From an uncultured Acidobacteriota bacterium (GTDB lineage Bacteria; Acidobacteriota; Blastocatellia; RBC074), in the NCBI GenBank assembly GCA_963796275.1, contig CAWCKY010000004.1, forward strand, positions 96,001 through 160,000: a DNA stretch of 64,000 nucleotides. Direction: 5' to 3'. Below the pieces are notes generated by a model. It was not told the origin of the DNA. It did no database searches and saw nothing but the letters and a program-made list of their open reading frames with translations. Positions 19,923 to 31,907 of this stretch are shown one piece after another. A program made the translations under genes and the position numbers. Position 1 is the stretch's first letter, and each line of letters starts with the position of its first letter.

Positions 19923-20883
19923 CGTTGATAAACGATGAAGTAGATATACCGAGAAGATGCCGCGTTGCTAGCCAAAACTCTAAAAAGAACTCAGTATCCT
20001 CGTTAATAACCTCTGACAGACTCTCTACTGCTGGCCGTGATATGCCCGATTTCAGCAGCGCGTTGTTGCTCGATCGCTTCCCTTCCCGACGGAGGGTCAG
20101 GCTATATATTCGAAGGAGCTCGACTCAAACCGGGCCGCAAGGGAAATTCGAGATAACGTCGTCAACGGCGTACAACAGGAAAAAAATATCGCAGCCCAGG
20201 CCATTGGCGAGACATTCCACAACGCTGGCTCAGCAGCAGGTAGCAATGAGAAGGCCATCGGCATCGGGCATGGCGTCAACCTGATCGGGATAGAAGAGAA
20301 ATATAGGCTGTCTACCAAGGCAGCAGATGAGGCCACTAACAAGCGATCCGACAACATTAAGACATATTACGATAACTTGGTGGGAGTTCCTGACCAGCCG
20401 GGCATCCATGACCAGTACCGAGATTTTGTGAGCGCCAATCAGCAGGCTCTCGCGAAAACCCAGTTGGCCACCAGTGATGTATCGTTGAACATGGCTCGTG
20501 ATGCATCAATCGTGCCGCGGGGATCCAGATCGGCACAGCCAACCAGATTTCTCGCATCGAGACGGAGGCTAATCAGGGTCGCTTCGATGCGCAGATGCGG
20601 GCGGCGGACATCACATATAACGCGGGGGTCAAGGCTGCAAACCTGCACGCCATGCAGCACGTGCTGAGCCAGGTCGCGAGCAAGGTCGCAAGAGATATCG
20701 AAAAGGGTATCGAAATGAGGTTCTGAGTTATCGCGCTGAGACCAAGACCATGGGCTGGGCGGCCTCGTCGGCTCTGGCGATGCTCAAGCGCGCGACTGGC
20801 GCCGCTCCCGGCGGTCAGAAAGAAGGGTGCGAAGAAAGAAGGCACGAAGGCCGCGCCCGCGCCGAAAACAGCGGAACTGAAAC

Positions 20884-21286
20884 AGAAACCGCGAATCTGC
20901 GTAGACCTCGATGGAGTGCTGGCGAAATACGATCGATTACGAGGATCGGAGAACATCGGCGCACCCGCACCCGGGGCGCTGGAATTCGCGCGCGGACTCG
21001 CCAAGGTGGCGGATATCATTATCTTCACTTCGCGCTGCTCGGAAGAACGGCGCCGCAACGACGACGGATATTCGCTCTCGCCCGCGCAGATGCGCATCCA
21101 TATCATCGATTGGCTGGAAAACATAAATTTCCCTATACCGACGTTTATATCGGCTATGGAAAACCCCGCGTGGCTGCGTTCATCGATGACAGAGCGGTGC
21201 ACTGCAGCCTGTAGAAGGATAAGAAGGCGTTTGATAGCGCGCTCGCTTCGGTGAAAGCGCTCTTGAAACGAAGAGAGAGTCAGTGA
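20884..21286 (+). pseudogene. HAD-superfamily phosphatase remnant
   Basis: Motif I ICVDLDGVL, motif II IIIFTSR, then after a frameshift near 21120 GKP..AAFIDDRA; in-frame stop at 21214. Confidence 0.7.
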
Positions 21287-21391
21287 CTGGAATCCGGAGA
21301 ATGTATAGCGTAATGTGGGCGCGCGCAGGAACATTTCCGATGAGGCCCGGAGTCTAACGAGGGTCATTCCTATTTCTTCTGGAGGAGCGAA

Positions 21392-22430
21392 ATGAGAGTT
21401 CTACTCACCGCGGTAATGTTTTTGTTTTGCGCAGTTTCAGCGTCTGCGCAGGAATACGCCTCACCGAACAGATCAAACGGGAAGTGATTGAAAAGGCGCT
21501 GGCGACTCTGCAAACGAATTACATATTTCCCGAGACGGCCCAAAAGATGGACGCCGCCATTCGTGAGCGTATGACTCGTGGCGAATATGACAAAATCAGC
21601 GATCCAAAAATGTTCGCCCAGGCATTGGAAGATCATCTACGGGAAATCAGCCACGACAAACACTTACTCATCTACTATCGAAAAGATAGCATTCCCGTGA
21701 ACGCCAACACGTCTCCTTCACGGATAGGAGGATTGGAGGGGCTCGCGAGAGAGAATTTCGGATTTGCAAAAGTGGAACTTTTGGAGGGGAATGTCGGGTA
21801 TCTGGAACTTCGCAAGTTTGCGCCTCCTGAAATGGCGGTTGAAACCGCTGCCGCCGCGATGAATTTTCTGGCCAACACCGACGCGCTAATTATCGATCTA
21901 CGACAGAATGGCGGCGGATATCCACCAATGGTAGCTTTGTTATGCAGTTATTTCTTCGATCAGCCCACTCATCTTTCCTCCCTGTATTGGCGGCCGGAAA
22001 ATTTGAAGCGGGAATTTCGAACATCGGAAACAGTACTCGGGAACGATACGGCGCCAAGCCTATATACCTGCTGACAAGCAAAGAAACGTTATCCGCCGCG
22101 GAACTGCTCGCCTTTGTTCTTAAACACATGAAAAGCGCCGTAATCGTCGGTGAGACAACCGGCGGGGGCGCGAACGGCGCAAGGCTTCGACGCCTGAATG
22201 ATCATTTCGGAATGCTTACGCCAGAAGGGCAAACCATTCTTCCATTCGCCAAAACCAATTGGGAGGGAACAGGAGTGCCGGCGGATTCAGCCGTCCCTGC
22301 GAGTGATGCCCTGCGCACCGCTCATCTGAAAGCTGTACGAAATTTGATGGAGCAAGCCCCGGATCAAACCCGCAAAACGGCGCTTCAGGACATACTGAAG
22401 AAGCTGGAGCCGGCGCCCTCAATAAAATGA
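21392..22430 (+). pseudogene. S41-family (IRBP/tail-specific) peptidase, two frameshifts
   Basis: GGAGG RBS and signal peptide from 21392; GNVGYL, LIIDLRQNGGG, TLSAAE, IVGETTGGGA, WEGTGVPAD split over frames (shifts near 21455 and 22040). Confidence 0.85.
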
Positions 22431-22544
22431 ATATCAACCACGAAGAGAACAAGTGCGCGAAGATTGTTTTTATTCACTCTTCACGCTCTTCGTCTCTGTG
22501 TTATTGAATATCTCTCGAACCATTGTGATGAGCTTCTGAATGAA

Positions 22545-23045
22545 CTACTCCGATTTCACCAGCTCAGCCTGTTGCGCTGATTCTTCCTCCAATTTGTCTT
22601 CGCGTTGTTTCTCCTGCCGCCGATAACGTTGGCGGTCGGCTTCAGTATCGGGCAATAATTTCTCCAGGACGCGGGCTATCGTCGGAAGGAAACCGGTCAC
22701 CACCACGACACCAACGAGGTTAAATAACAATTGGGTGTTAGCTATCTGACGCCCCACGCTCGGGCCGGAGACGGTCTGCGCGAGCCCGGCCGATTGCGGA
22801 GCGAAGGCGATACCGATCAGGGCGCAGCAGATGTTAAACACGAGATGGAAAACGCCTGTGCGCAACGCCGGGCGGCCACGTCCGATAGTAGCCACCAGTG
22901 TGTCGTATGTATCGGCGCAAGTGCCGACTTCGGCCCCAAGCATCAACGCAATGTCGGTTGGTAGGGTAATCAGTCCCGCCCCTGCCATCGTAATCACGAT
23001 CGCAGCGGTTGCCGAGGAAGACTGGACACTATAGTATCCCAACAC
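22545..23045 (-). pseudogene. C-terminal half of a Na/Pi-cotransporter family protein
   Basis: VQSSSAT, MLGAEVGT, HLVFN and QIAN.QLLFN motifs; N-terminal half absent. Confidence 0.75.
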
Positions 23046-23062
23046 GGAACGATATCCTCAGC

Positions 23063-23612
23063 TCAGACAGGAAACGCCAGATGTGTGAGCCGGGCGATCA
23101 GGGCAGCCAGATAACTCCGCAATTCTTCAGTTGAGACGCCGCCTGGTGGGACCAAGTCGTCGCCCAGTTCAATCTGGTTAAGAACCCATGCCAATTGGGC
23201 AGATGTCAATCCACTGTCCTTCAAGGCAGCCGCTGCCAGCGCTTCCTCTATCCTGTAACCGGCCAGTTCGAGTGCACGAGTATCCACCAAGTCACGTACC
23301 TCCGACCGTGATAACAGCGTACAAAGCTTATTGGCCAAAATCTCCTCCGGCGGATCCACACGGATGCCGCTTATGACAAGCTTTTCAGGCAGGCGCTGTG
23401 TGACCCGCTCGCGTACCAGATCAACAACGACAGCTCCCGCACCACGCCGCAACAAGACGCGACGGAAATCCGGGGACGTTTGAACCGGTTCGAGTGTCGC
23501 ACCCATTTCGCGCGCAACCTCGACTACAACCGCGTATCCGTCTGCCATCGTATCCTCAAGTGTAAATAGATACTTAGATCGTGCGTCTCCCGATGCCCCC
23601 AGATGAAAACCA
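23063..23612 (-). pseudogene. AbiEii/AbiGii-like nucleotidyltransferase toxin, 5'-truncated and frameshifted
   Basis: VVVDLV...EILANKLCTLLSRSEVRDLVD C-terminal motif; GFHLG / HRETHDL / LFT recoverable only across frames; upstream GG-x-AL motif missing. Confidence 0.7.
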
Positions 23613-23626
23613 CCGTTCGGACATCG

Positions 23627-23638
23627 CCCCGTCGGAGA
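23627..23638 (+). repeat. 12-bp direct repeat CCCCGTCGGAGA, copy 1 (downstream flank of helicase)
   Basis: Identical to 26986-26997. Confidence 0.7.
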
Positions 23639-23688
23639 TGGCGTCAGGATAGGTAACGATGGGATGATCGATGGAGCGACGATAACAT

Positions 23689-26600
23689 TCACACACGGTT
23701 ACCGAATCGGGTCTGTTCATGCACCTTGATCTTCTGAAGTGGTAGCAGATCCATGACATCACAGAACAGTGCCCGGTCCTTCCAGTCATCTCTGTCGCCG
23801 ATCACATAGAATCGCCGCTTGGCTCGCGTTGCCGCCACGTTCAGAAGGTTCGGCTCCGAAACAGCCCATTCGCGTGCTCCATATCCCTTGGTATTGCCAC
23901 CTAGCACCAAGATGACGACCGGAGCTTCCTTTCCCTGCATCTTGTGGATCGTGCCGGACACCATCTCGCTGCGCAGCATTCGCTCGAGGTTCTGCAGGAC
24001 AGCCTTGAAGGGCGTTATGACTGAAATGTCTTTGGCCTCCACACCATCTTCATGCAACAAGGCCAGTAATTTCTGCAAGACCTGGCCTTCGGCAGGCACC
24101 CAATTCCCTTCAGACTTACCACTGGTATGTATCCACCCCGTCGGCAGACTGGCGCGTGTTTCTTTGTCGGGGTGAGGTACAAGCGTTCCATACACCATCT
24201 TCTCGTCATAAGCGATGCGGTTGGCCAGATCGTACATGGGTTTGTCGCAACGACGGTGTACGACCAGCGGCAATCCTACCCAGGTCTTCTTATTAGCCGG
24301 TCCTGCCATGCGTCCCCACGGAGTAGCTTCGTCGGCCAGCGTCTGCGCGGATTGCCGATTGGGGAGCCAATGTGTATCGACATCATAGCGCATGCGCATG
24401 TGTTCCAACACCGCGTCGGATATGTTGACGATAGGCTTGAGTTGCAATGGATCACCTACCAGCAACGCACGTTGAGACCGCCATAGTGCGCCCACCGTCG
24501 CTTGTGGGGGAGCTTGGCCGGCCTCATCTACAAGCAGCCAACCGATCTCGCTGTCTCCTAAAGAGCCGAACGAGCGAGCAAACGACGCGAAGGTACTGCT
24601 CAATACCGGAACGACCATAAACAGCGAAGCCCAGGCCGAACGGATGGCGTCGCGTGAAAGACCTTCGAAGCGCTTGCCGGTCAACAGGCCGTTGATCAAG
24701 TTCAAGTTGGAGCGCATCCGTTTCGGTTCCAGCTCGAAGAACGTTTGATGCAGCTTCAGCGCCTTAATGAAGACGCGCGAGCGTGCTTGTCTCCATCCTT
24801 CGATACGCCAAGGCTCGGTCAGCTCAATGGCATGGCCGCGACCGATGGTATCGCCTTGCAGCCAAGCGAGCAGGTGATCGGCGTGGCAGGCGCTTGCTAG
24901 GCTGGTGGCGTTCTGCGCTAGGGCTCGGCTTTGATCCTGCAATTGCTGCAGTGCTCGGCGCGCGTCGGCGATCTGTATATCCCAGCTCTTCCTTGATGTG
25001 TCGAGTTGCTCGGTGAGGCGCACTATCCGCGCGAACTGGGCTTTAGCCAGATCACGTTGACCTTCTAGCAGTTCCCGCGTTGTGTTCCAGTCGCGCTGAG
25101 TCCTCCACAGACTGAACAAATTCGCCCAGAAACCCGGCTTACGCACTTGGTGCTGCCCAAGTGCGTCCAGGCACTGCTTGAGCTCCGTGTTGGCGGGGTG
25201 ACTTTCCTCGGTATCCAGGCGCGAGAGCTGTTTTAACGCGTCGGCTATCTTCTGTTCGAGTGTGCGAAGTTCTTCGGACTTGTCGGCGATCGACCTCCTG
25301 GTCTGGCAGATTGCCTGGATTAACTCTCGGATGTGGCTGGCGTCGGCGCACGCATTGCGCGCTTCATCCTTGGCCGCCTTGTAATCGGAGACGGCTTGCT
25401 GCCACAAGTCTTGGCGTTCCTTCGAAGTGCGACCCTCGTTGAGCTTGGCTTGCGCGTTGAGCCACCCCAGGAAGCCGTTTGGGCCTTTCTCTTTCTCGGG
25501 TGGTGCATCGTCGTCGTGATCGCCGCTGCCGTCATCACTCTCCGCAATGGTGAAAGGGCTGGAGATGATTTCCTCATCAGACTCGGCATCGGTATCGGTA
25601 TCGGTATCGTCTACAGCTTCCGAGTCTGGGCGTTGTCCAAAGAAGTAGCGATTTACGAAGTTGGTCCGTCGAGCCTTGCTACCCAATGCACCGGAAATCA
25701 GTCCCCAAGCCGGTTTGCCGCTGATCAGTTCCCCCAATTCGGCGAAATACTCTGCTTCGGGCAGCCAACTCTCGTCGATCTTGTCACGCTGAGGCAATTC
25801 GAGCGTGACGTTCTCCACGGCGCCGTTATTGGACGAAGCGACCACGATCTCGAAACCATACAGCGCCGGGTTAAGCTTGAAGCTAGACCGCTCCTCGCCG
25901 TCGTCGTTGACAGCTTCGCGTCCGTTGTTCACGAACCCTTCGGAGGCACGGCGCAGTTTGGCAAGCGCATCGGCCCGGCTGGCAATAATGGCGGCAATCA
26001 AGTCGCGCAGCAGTGTCGTCTTCCCCGTACCTGGCGGGCCATTGACGCCCAGCAGGCCCTGGCTATTGGCAAGGGTGGACAGGATCGTATTGACGGCCAG
26101 TTGCTGGGAATGCACGAGCCCCAGATGCCGCTCTGTGGGCCAGCAACTATCTGCGAAGGCATCCGGCATCAGGCGGCCGATCAGCGGCAGCGACGCGCGG
26201 TCGTCGTCCACGTGCAGGCGCGGTTGGGGATCGTGTCGGCGCAGATACTGATTGAATGGTTCGCTTTTCACGCCCTTGCCGATGCTGTCGGCGACATCGG
26301 CAAGATCGTTGAGCAAGAAGCTGTTGAGCGGATCATCTTCCGATTCCGGCTTGTCAGGCCTGATAGGTTGGGAGCGGAAGCGAAAACTATGGCGACCCAT
26401 GTCGCCAAAAAAGCCCGTCACGCCGAGGAACTGGAGAACCCATTGGGTTAGTTCACGGAGAGCGTCGCCGGACACCTCACCTGTGAGCAATGTTTGCGCC
26501 TGATCGCTGATGGCCCTCTGATCGTTCTCGAATCCTCTGGTCCAATCCTTCCCGGTCAACACCCGGCCAAGGAACCACGCTTCACTAGAAAGTACGAAAC

Positions 26601-26952
26601 TGTCATCGACCATCTTGCCTGCCATGGTGAACTTCGCCGCGAATAGGGCCGATTCGCGGGACTGCGGCTCTCGATAGCCATGATCGGCCCCATAGACTTC
26701 CTTGAGCTTTTCGGCAATGAGCCGGCTGTCATACAGGTGGGCATACAGCGTGTGGCTCCAAACGCGCTTCTTGGGCAAACCCTGTTTGTTGACGACGCTT
26801 TCTGGTGCCCAAGGAAGAATGGGATGATTGATTGGCGTGTCATGAATGAACGCCTCGTATAGGCTGCTGCGCTTCTTCCGTTTGGGCGCTGACTGTGGTT
26901 GCAGCAACTCGACTGCATGCCAATATCGGACGATGCTTTCTTGTTCCGTCAA
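23689..26952 (-). CDS. Superfamily 1 (DNA2/NAM7/UPF1-like) helicase, 1087 aa, with acidic linker and coiled-coil insert
   Basis: SQQLAV, GPPGTGKT, ASSNNGAVENV, LVDEAGQ, VGDPLQLKP, HRRC, VITPF, TIHKMQGKE, NLLNVAATRAK. Confidence 0.92.
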   Translation of the reverse strand: MTEQESIVRYWHAVELLQPQSAPKRKKRSSLYEAFIHDTPINHPILPWAPESVVNKQGLPKKRVWSHTLYAHLYDSRLIAEKLKEVYGADHGYREPQSRESALFAAKFTMAGKMVDDSFVLSSEAWFLGRVLTGKDWTRGFENDQRAISDQAQTLLTGEVSGDALRELTQWVLQFLGVTGFFGDMGRHSFRFRSQPIRPDKPESEDDPLNSFLLNDLADVADSIGKGVKSEPFNQYLRRHDPQPRLHVDDDRASLPLIGRLMPDAFADSCWPTERHLGLVHSQQLAVNTILSTLANSQGLLGVNGPPGTGKTTLLRDLIAAIIASRADALAKLRRASEGFVNNGREAVNDDGEERSSFKLNPALYGFEIVVASSNNGAVENVTLELPQRDKIDESWLPEAEYFAELGELISGKPAWGLISGALGSKARRTNFVNRYFFGQRPDSEAVDDTDTDTDAESDEEIISSPFTIAESDDGSGDHDDDAPPEKEKGPNGFLGWLNAQAKLNEGRTSKERQDLWQQAVSDYKAAKDEARNACADASHIRELIQAICQTRRSIADKSEELRTLEQKIADALKQLSRLDTEESHPANTELKQCLDALGQHQVRKPGFWANLFSLWRTQRDWNTTRELLEGQRDLAKAQFARIVRLTEQLDTSRKSWDIQIADARRALQQLQDQSRALAQNATSLASACHADHLLAWLQGDTIGRGHAIELTEPWRIEGWRQARSRVFIKALKLHQTFFELEPKRMRSNLNLINGLLTGKRFEGLSRDAIRSAWASLFMVVPVLSSTFASFARSFGSLGDSEIGWLLVDEAGQAPPQATVGALWRSQRALLVGDPLQLKPIVNISDAVLEHMRMRYDVDTHWLPNRQSAQTLADEATPWGRMAGPANKKTWVGLPLVVHRRCDKPMYDLANRIAYDEKMVYGTLVPHPDKETRASLPTGWIHTSGKSEGNWVPAEGQVLQKLLALLHEDGVEAKDISVITPFKAVLQNLERMLRSEMVSGTIHKMQGKEAPVVILVLGGNTKGYGAREWAVSEPNLLNVAATRAKRRFYVIGDRDDWKDRALFCDVMDLLPLQKIKVHEQTRFGNRV

Positions 26953-26985
26953 ATTTCTCCCCCCTCAATGGCCAATCTGATCCGT

Positions 26986-26997
26986 CCCCGTCGGAGA
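26986..26997 (+). repeat. 12-bp direct repeat CCCCGTCGGAGA, copy 2 (upstream flank of helicase)
   Basis: Identical to 23627-23638. Confidence 0.7.
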
Positions 26998-27767
26998 CTA
27001 ATTGCTGATCGCGGCAATGGACTTTTCCGCCCCAAGATGGTCCGATGCCCGATGCCGTCTATGGCCTGCTTTCTTTGCGGCTTCTCGCGTTCGGGCTCCT
27101 CCACCTTTCATTCTTCGGTGTCGACTCTCATCTACTTTCCTTCTTTCCACTCCGCTCTCCGGCTCATCGTTTGACTCGCCATTTCTCCTTCTACCTTTTC
27201 AATTTTTCGCTCTACTTACTGAAGACAAGGTTTTGAGCCGCAGCACGGTAATCTTCTTCTTCTCCTATAGATACTCACCCCCGGAGCAACTTCTCCTCAA
27301 TTTGTCCTGCCAGATTTTCTCGATCAGAGTTTCGACATCGGAAAGAACTGATTTTCGGGATATTGTCATCGGATTCGGCTATTCCAATCACACAGCCATT
27401 CTGTGAGGCACGATTGCAGGCCGGTTTTTATCATATTTGGCGCATAGTTACCACCTTTAATTGATGATATCTACAGCTGCCAGAGGTTGCATTCGCCCTC
27501 GGCTATTTGACGCCTGGTGTGAAGAATCGCAAAAGATTCTGGAGGATTGGTGGCATGGCAATCGCGTTACATCATCGTCCCCCCCCAGTTGGTCACCGAG
27601 TTCAATACGCTCCAGAAAATTAGAACAAGAAAGTTACGTCGTAAGGTGCAGAATGCTTTGAATCGGCTCCAAACCAAATTGGAGCGCACGAAATACAATT
27701 GTGAGCCGGTTCAGTGTGCTCTCTGTCGTCGCCAGGTTCGGTCTATACTTTTTAAGAAAGGATCAGC

Positions 27768-28087
27768 ATGATGACATCGAATTATGAACAGATTATCTCA
27801 GGCGTTGAAGCTACCGGCAGCTGAGCGGAAACGCTTGATCGATGCGCTCTCCACTGAGTTGGGTAGAGAATCCCCGGAAAAATTCCCGATCGGCACCAGG
27901 AGATGCACTGGCTAACTGAACATCGTCATGAATACGCCGGAAGTGGGTCGTGATTGAAGGAGATCAACTTATATCTCATGGAGAAAATGCGCAAGTGGCG
28001 CATCAAATGGCGCTACAGGCGGGTGTATCCGTTCCTTTTTGGTGCATGTCGAGCCTCAAGCTCAGCTACCTTTCGGGGGGTGGTAAA
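27768..28087 (+). pseudogene. DUF5678-like small protein, frameshifted
   Basis: MTSNYEQIISQALKLPAAERKRL..., then WLTEHRHEYAG / WVVIEGDQLISHG...AGVSVPF in shifting frames. Confidence 0.5.
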
Positions 28088-28375
28088 TTGGCGCATAAGC
28101 TTATCTTTTCCGCGCTCCACCGATACGACCCAGCGCAAGATGGGATCGATCCCCCGATTAGGCTGAGCATCGGTGAAAAGATTATCGACCTGGTCGCCAA
28201 AGTGGATACCGGAGCGAGCTGCTGTATATTCAAGCGGTAATATGGTGAGTTGCTCGGTTTGGACATCGAGACTGAATCGGAAAAGAGATTCAGCACGGCC
28301 ACTGGCCCTTTTGATACGTATGGACATGAAGTTAGGATGGTCATTCTGGGCGTCGAAGCTGAGCGGATGGTAATC
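28088..28375 (+). pseudogene. Retropepsin-like (clan AA) aspartyl protease with internal stop
   Basis: LVAKVDTGASCCIF, TAA at 28238-28240, then in-frame GELLGLD...[15 protein letters not shown]. Confidence 0.65.
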
Positions 28376-28738
28376 GAGGTCGAGGACTCGTATCAGGACG
28401 TCTTTCGTTACATGAAACTATGCCGTTTAATGCATACCATCCTGCGGCGCGAGCGTGGTTACCGATCGAACTTGATGGACCGCTGTCACTCCTTCAAGGA
28501 AGTATCCGCTATGGTGTGAAGATGGCCGTCTTTCTTCCAGCGCTCGCGCTCTGTCGCGCCTGGCGGATGGAAGTCCGACCATGCCGCGGCTGGCTGGATG
28601 CGTGGAGTCTTATGCTTCATCAGCAAAACGGGGGCTCGATTCGGGAGTCCGCGAGAATTCTAATTGCCGCTGATCAGATCAGATCAGTCCTCCCCGTTGG
28701 TGTTCTTGCATTTGCAATACCCGTAGTACAATAGTTGA

Positions 28739-29062
28739 ATGGAACAAGAGATTCTGAATATTCCCATTCCTTCAAACATAGCCGAGATACTGCAGAGCAT
28801 CAGTGGCACGCCGCTCGACCGTCAAATACTGGAACTTGCCGCCATTCAAGCGTACGAATCTGAACTCATTACCGAACGTCATGTGATGAAGATGCTTGGA
28901 TTCGAGAGCCGTGAAGAACTCTACGCCCTTTTCAAGGCTTACGGTTTACAGGACCAAAGCTTCACGATGGAGGAGCTTGTGAGAGGAGAGGGGGATATCC
29001 GCGGCGCTCTCTGTGACATACATGCGCACACATGCGTTAGTGGGCCCGCGGATCATTCATAA
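28739..29062 (+). CDS. UPF0175-like small HTH/antitoxin-type protein (C-terminus possibly corrupted)
   Basis: ELAAIQAYESELITERHVMKMLGFESREELYALFKAYGL resembles the UPF0175 pattern. Confidence 0.6.
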   Translation: MEQEILNIPIPSNIAEILQSISGTPLDRQILELAAIQAYESELITERHVMKMLGFESREELYALFKAYGLQDQSFTMEELVRGEGDIRGALCDIHAHTCVSGPADHS

Positions 29063-29227
29063 TAATAACGCGGTACCTTCGGTATCGCCAGGTGAGCATC
29101 TCCAAGCTCGTCTGCCGGTCCTTTCTTCAATTGTATGGATAGAGGTGATGTGGGGACCGAAGGATGAATAGACACCATGACAACAGGTAGCCTCGTAAAC
29201 TTAAACGTTACAACTATTTACAAAAAT

Positions 29228-29311
<84 letters not shown>

Positions 29312-29343
29312 TCTCATAATTACATCTGCTAAAGCCAATTTTA

Positions 29344-29736
29344 TTATTTCGTCTCCGGTGATGCCACCGGACTCGCTGAGGGTGCCGGAGATACTGCCGG
29401 TGCTGTGCCGCTTACCGGCGAAGCAGCAGGCGAACCCGCCGGACTGGGCGAGGGCGATGGCTGCGTAGCTGCGCCGCTATCGCGTACAACTGAACTCGGC
29501 CCCATTATTCCAGGTAACGAGAAAAGCAGCGCCAGTAACATAAAGAGCACTGCCGCTACTATAGTTGCTTTTTCTAGTGGCTTCTGCGCGCCTCGTGGCC
29601 CGAAAGCAGTCTGACTCCCAGACCCTCCGAACGCCGCAGCAACATCTCCTCCCTTTCCTGACTGTAACAAGACAACCAGAATCAGAAAGAGGCAATCCAC
29701 TATGAATATTCCAAATAATATGTACTTTAAAATCAA
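29344..29736 (-). CDS. secG: Preprotein translocase subunit SecG
   Basis: [29 protein letters not shown]...LEKAT, two TM segments; follows tpiA. Confidence 0.95.
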   Translation of the reverse strand: MILKYILFGIFIVDCLFLILVVLLQSGKGGDVAAAFGGSGSQTAFGPRGAQKPLEKATIVAAVLFMLLALLFSLPGIMGPSSVVRDSGAATQPSPSPSPAGSPAASPVSGTAPAVSPAPSASPVASPETK

Positions 29737-29767
29737 CGCTGACTACCTGCCAATATTACAAAGTAAC

Positions 29768-30526
<759 letters not shown>

Positions 30527-30544
30527 AAATCTATTCCAACTTTG

Positions 30545-31735
30545 TTACTTTTCAGTCAGGGCTGCCACACCGGGAAGCGTGTCGCCCGCCAACAATTCCA
30601 ACGTCGCGCCGCCGCCGGTCGAGATATGTGTGACCTTGCCGGCGAATCCCGATTCCTGAATCGCTGCAACGCTGTCGCCGCCACCTATGATCGAGGTCGC
30701 ATTACTCCTCTCGGTGGTTTCCGCTATCGCTCGAGCGACTGCGCGTGTCCCACGATCGAAAGGCGCTTTCTCGAATATTCCCATAGGACCGTTCCAGATG
30801 ATCGTCTGCGCCTTGGCAATGATCTCAGCGTAAACCTTCTGAGTCTCGGGCCCGATATCGAGCGCCACGAGGTTTGCCGGAATCTCCAAAACATTCTTGG
30901 CATTGGCGCCATCATCCGGATTTGACGCGACGACGTGGTCGACTGGCAACTGCAAAACAACATTTCGTTCCCTCGCCATCGTTTCGAGTTTCTTCGCCAG
31001 GTCCGTCTTTTCCAATTCGACGAGCGATTTGCCGATCTCGAGCCCGCGGGCTTTCAAGAAGGTGTATGCCATGGCGCCGCCTATCAGGACGGCGTCAGCG
31101 GATTTCAGGAGGTTTTCGATAACCTGGATCTTATCGGAGACTTTCGCTCCCCCCAGGATCACGACGAACGGACGCCGGGGATTGCTCAGAGCACCGATCA
31201 GATAGCGCAGCTCTTTCTCCATCAAGAACCCCGCAGCTGACTGCTCGACATATTTCGTGATTCCTTCGGTCGAAGCATGTGCGCGGTGAGCCGTTCCAAA
31301 CGCATCATTGACATAAACGTCGCATAATGCTGCGAGTTTTTCGGCAAACCCGGGATCGTTCTCCTCTTCCTCGGGATAAAAGCGCAGGTTTTCAAGAAGA
31401 GTAATATCGCCGTCCTTCATTTCATTGACGATCTTCGCAGCATCCTCGCCTATGCAGTCCCCGGCGAATGCGACGGGCCTGCCAATAAGCTTCTCCAGAT
31501 GCTGGGCTACCGGCTTAAGCGAGTACTTGGGATTGCGCTTTCCTTTCGGACGTCCCAGGTGGGAGGCCAGAATCACACGCGCACCTTTATCCACCGAGTA
31601 CTGAATCGTCGGGATCGCCGAAGTGATGCGCGTATCATCGGCCACTTGGTTATTTTCCAGAGGCACATTGAAATCGACGCGTATGAAAACCCTTCTTCCT
31701 GCAAGATCAAGATCACGTATTGAGAGCTTGGACAT
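30545..31735 (-). CDS. pgk: Phosphoglycerate kinase
   Basis: [58 protein letters not shown]. Confidence 0.99.
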   Translation of the reverse strand: MSKLSIRDLDLAGRRVFIRVDFNVPLENNQVADDTRITSAIPTIQYSVDKGARVILASHLGRPKGKRNPKYSLKPVAQHLEKLIGRPVAFAGDCIGEDAAKIVNEMKDGDITLLENLRFYPEEEENDPGFAEKLAALCDVYVNDAFGTAHRAHASTEGITKYVEQSAAGFLMEKELRYLIGALSNPRRPFVVILGGAKVSDKIQVIENLLKSADAVLIGGAMAYTFLKARGLEIGKSLVELEKTDLAKKLETMARERNVVLQLPVDHVVASNPDDGANAKNVLEIPANLVALDIGPETQKVYAEIIAKAQTIIWNGPMGIFEKAPFDRGTRAVARAIAETTERSNATSIIGGGDSVAAIQESGFAGKVTHISTGGGATLELLAGDTLPGVAALTEK

Positions 31736-31907
31736 GGTAATTCAAAAGATCCTCTTTGAAAGTGTATCTCCGAACAGGACGAGTTCGGACAGCTGAATTT
31801 CGCAGAATAATCCTCGATAGGACTGAAGTAAGGTGCAAGCTATCATAATATGCCGGAGTCAGTAAAGTACGCCAGAACAGGCCCTTTTCTCACGGCGGCA
31901 ATCACGT

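Noticed and set aside
22437-22495. ACGAAGAG...CTCTTCGT inverted repeat between convergent genes
   Set aside because: Short and degenerate with a long loop; at most a decayed REP-like or terminator element.
23689-23692. 4-bp overlap suggesting a helicase-AbiEii operon
   Set aside because: The first ~27 codons of the predicted AbiEii ORF are not AbiEii-like and cross the 12-bp repeat; the gene looks truncated, so the overlap is probably coincidental.
25333-26451. 372-aa + strand ORF
   Set aside because: Fully antisense to the helicase.
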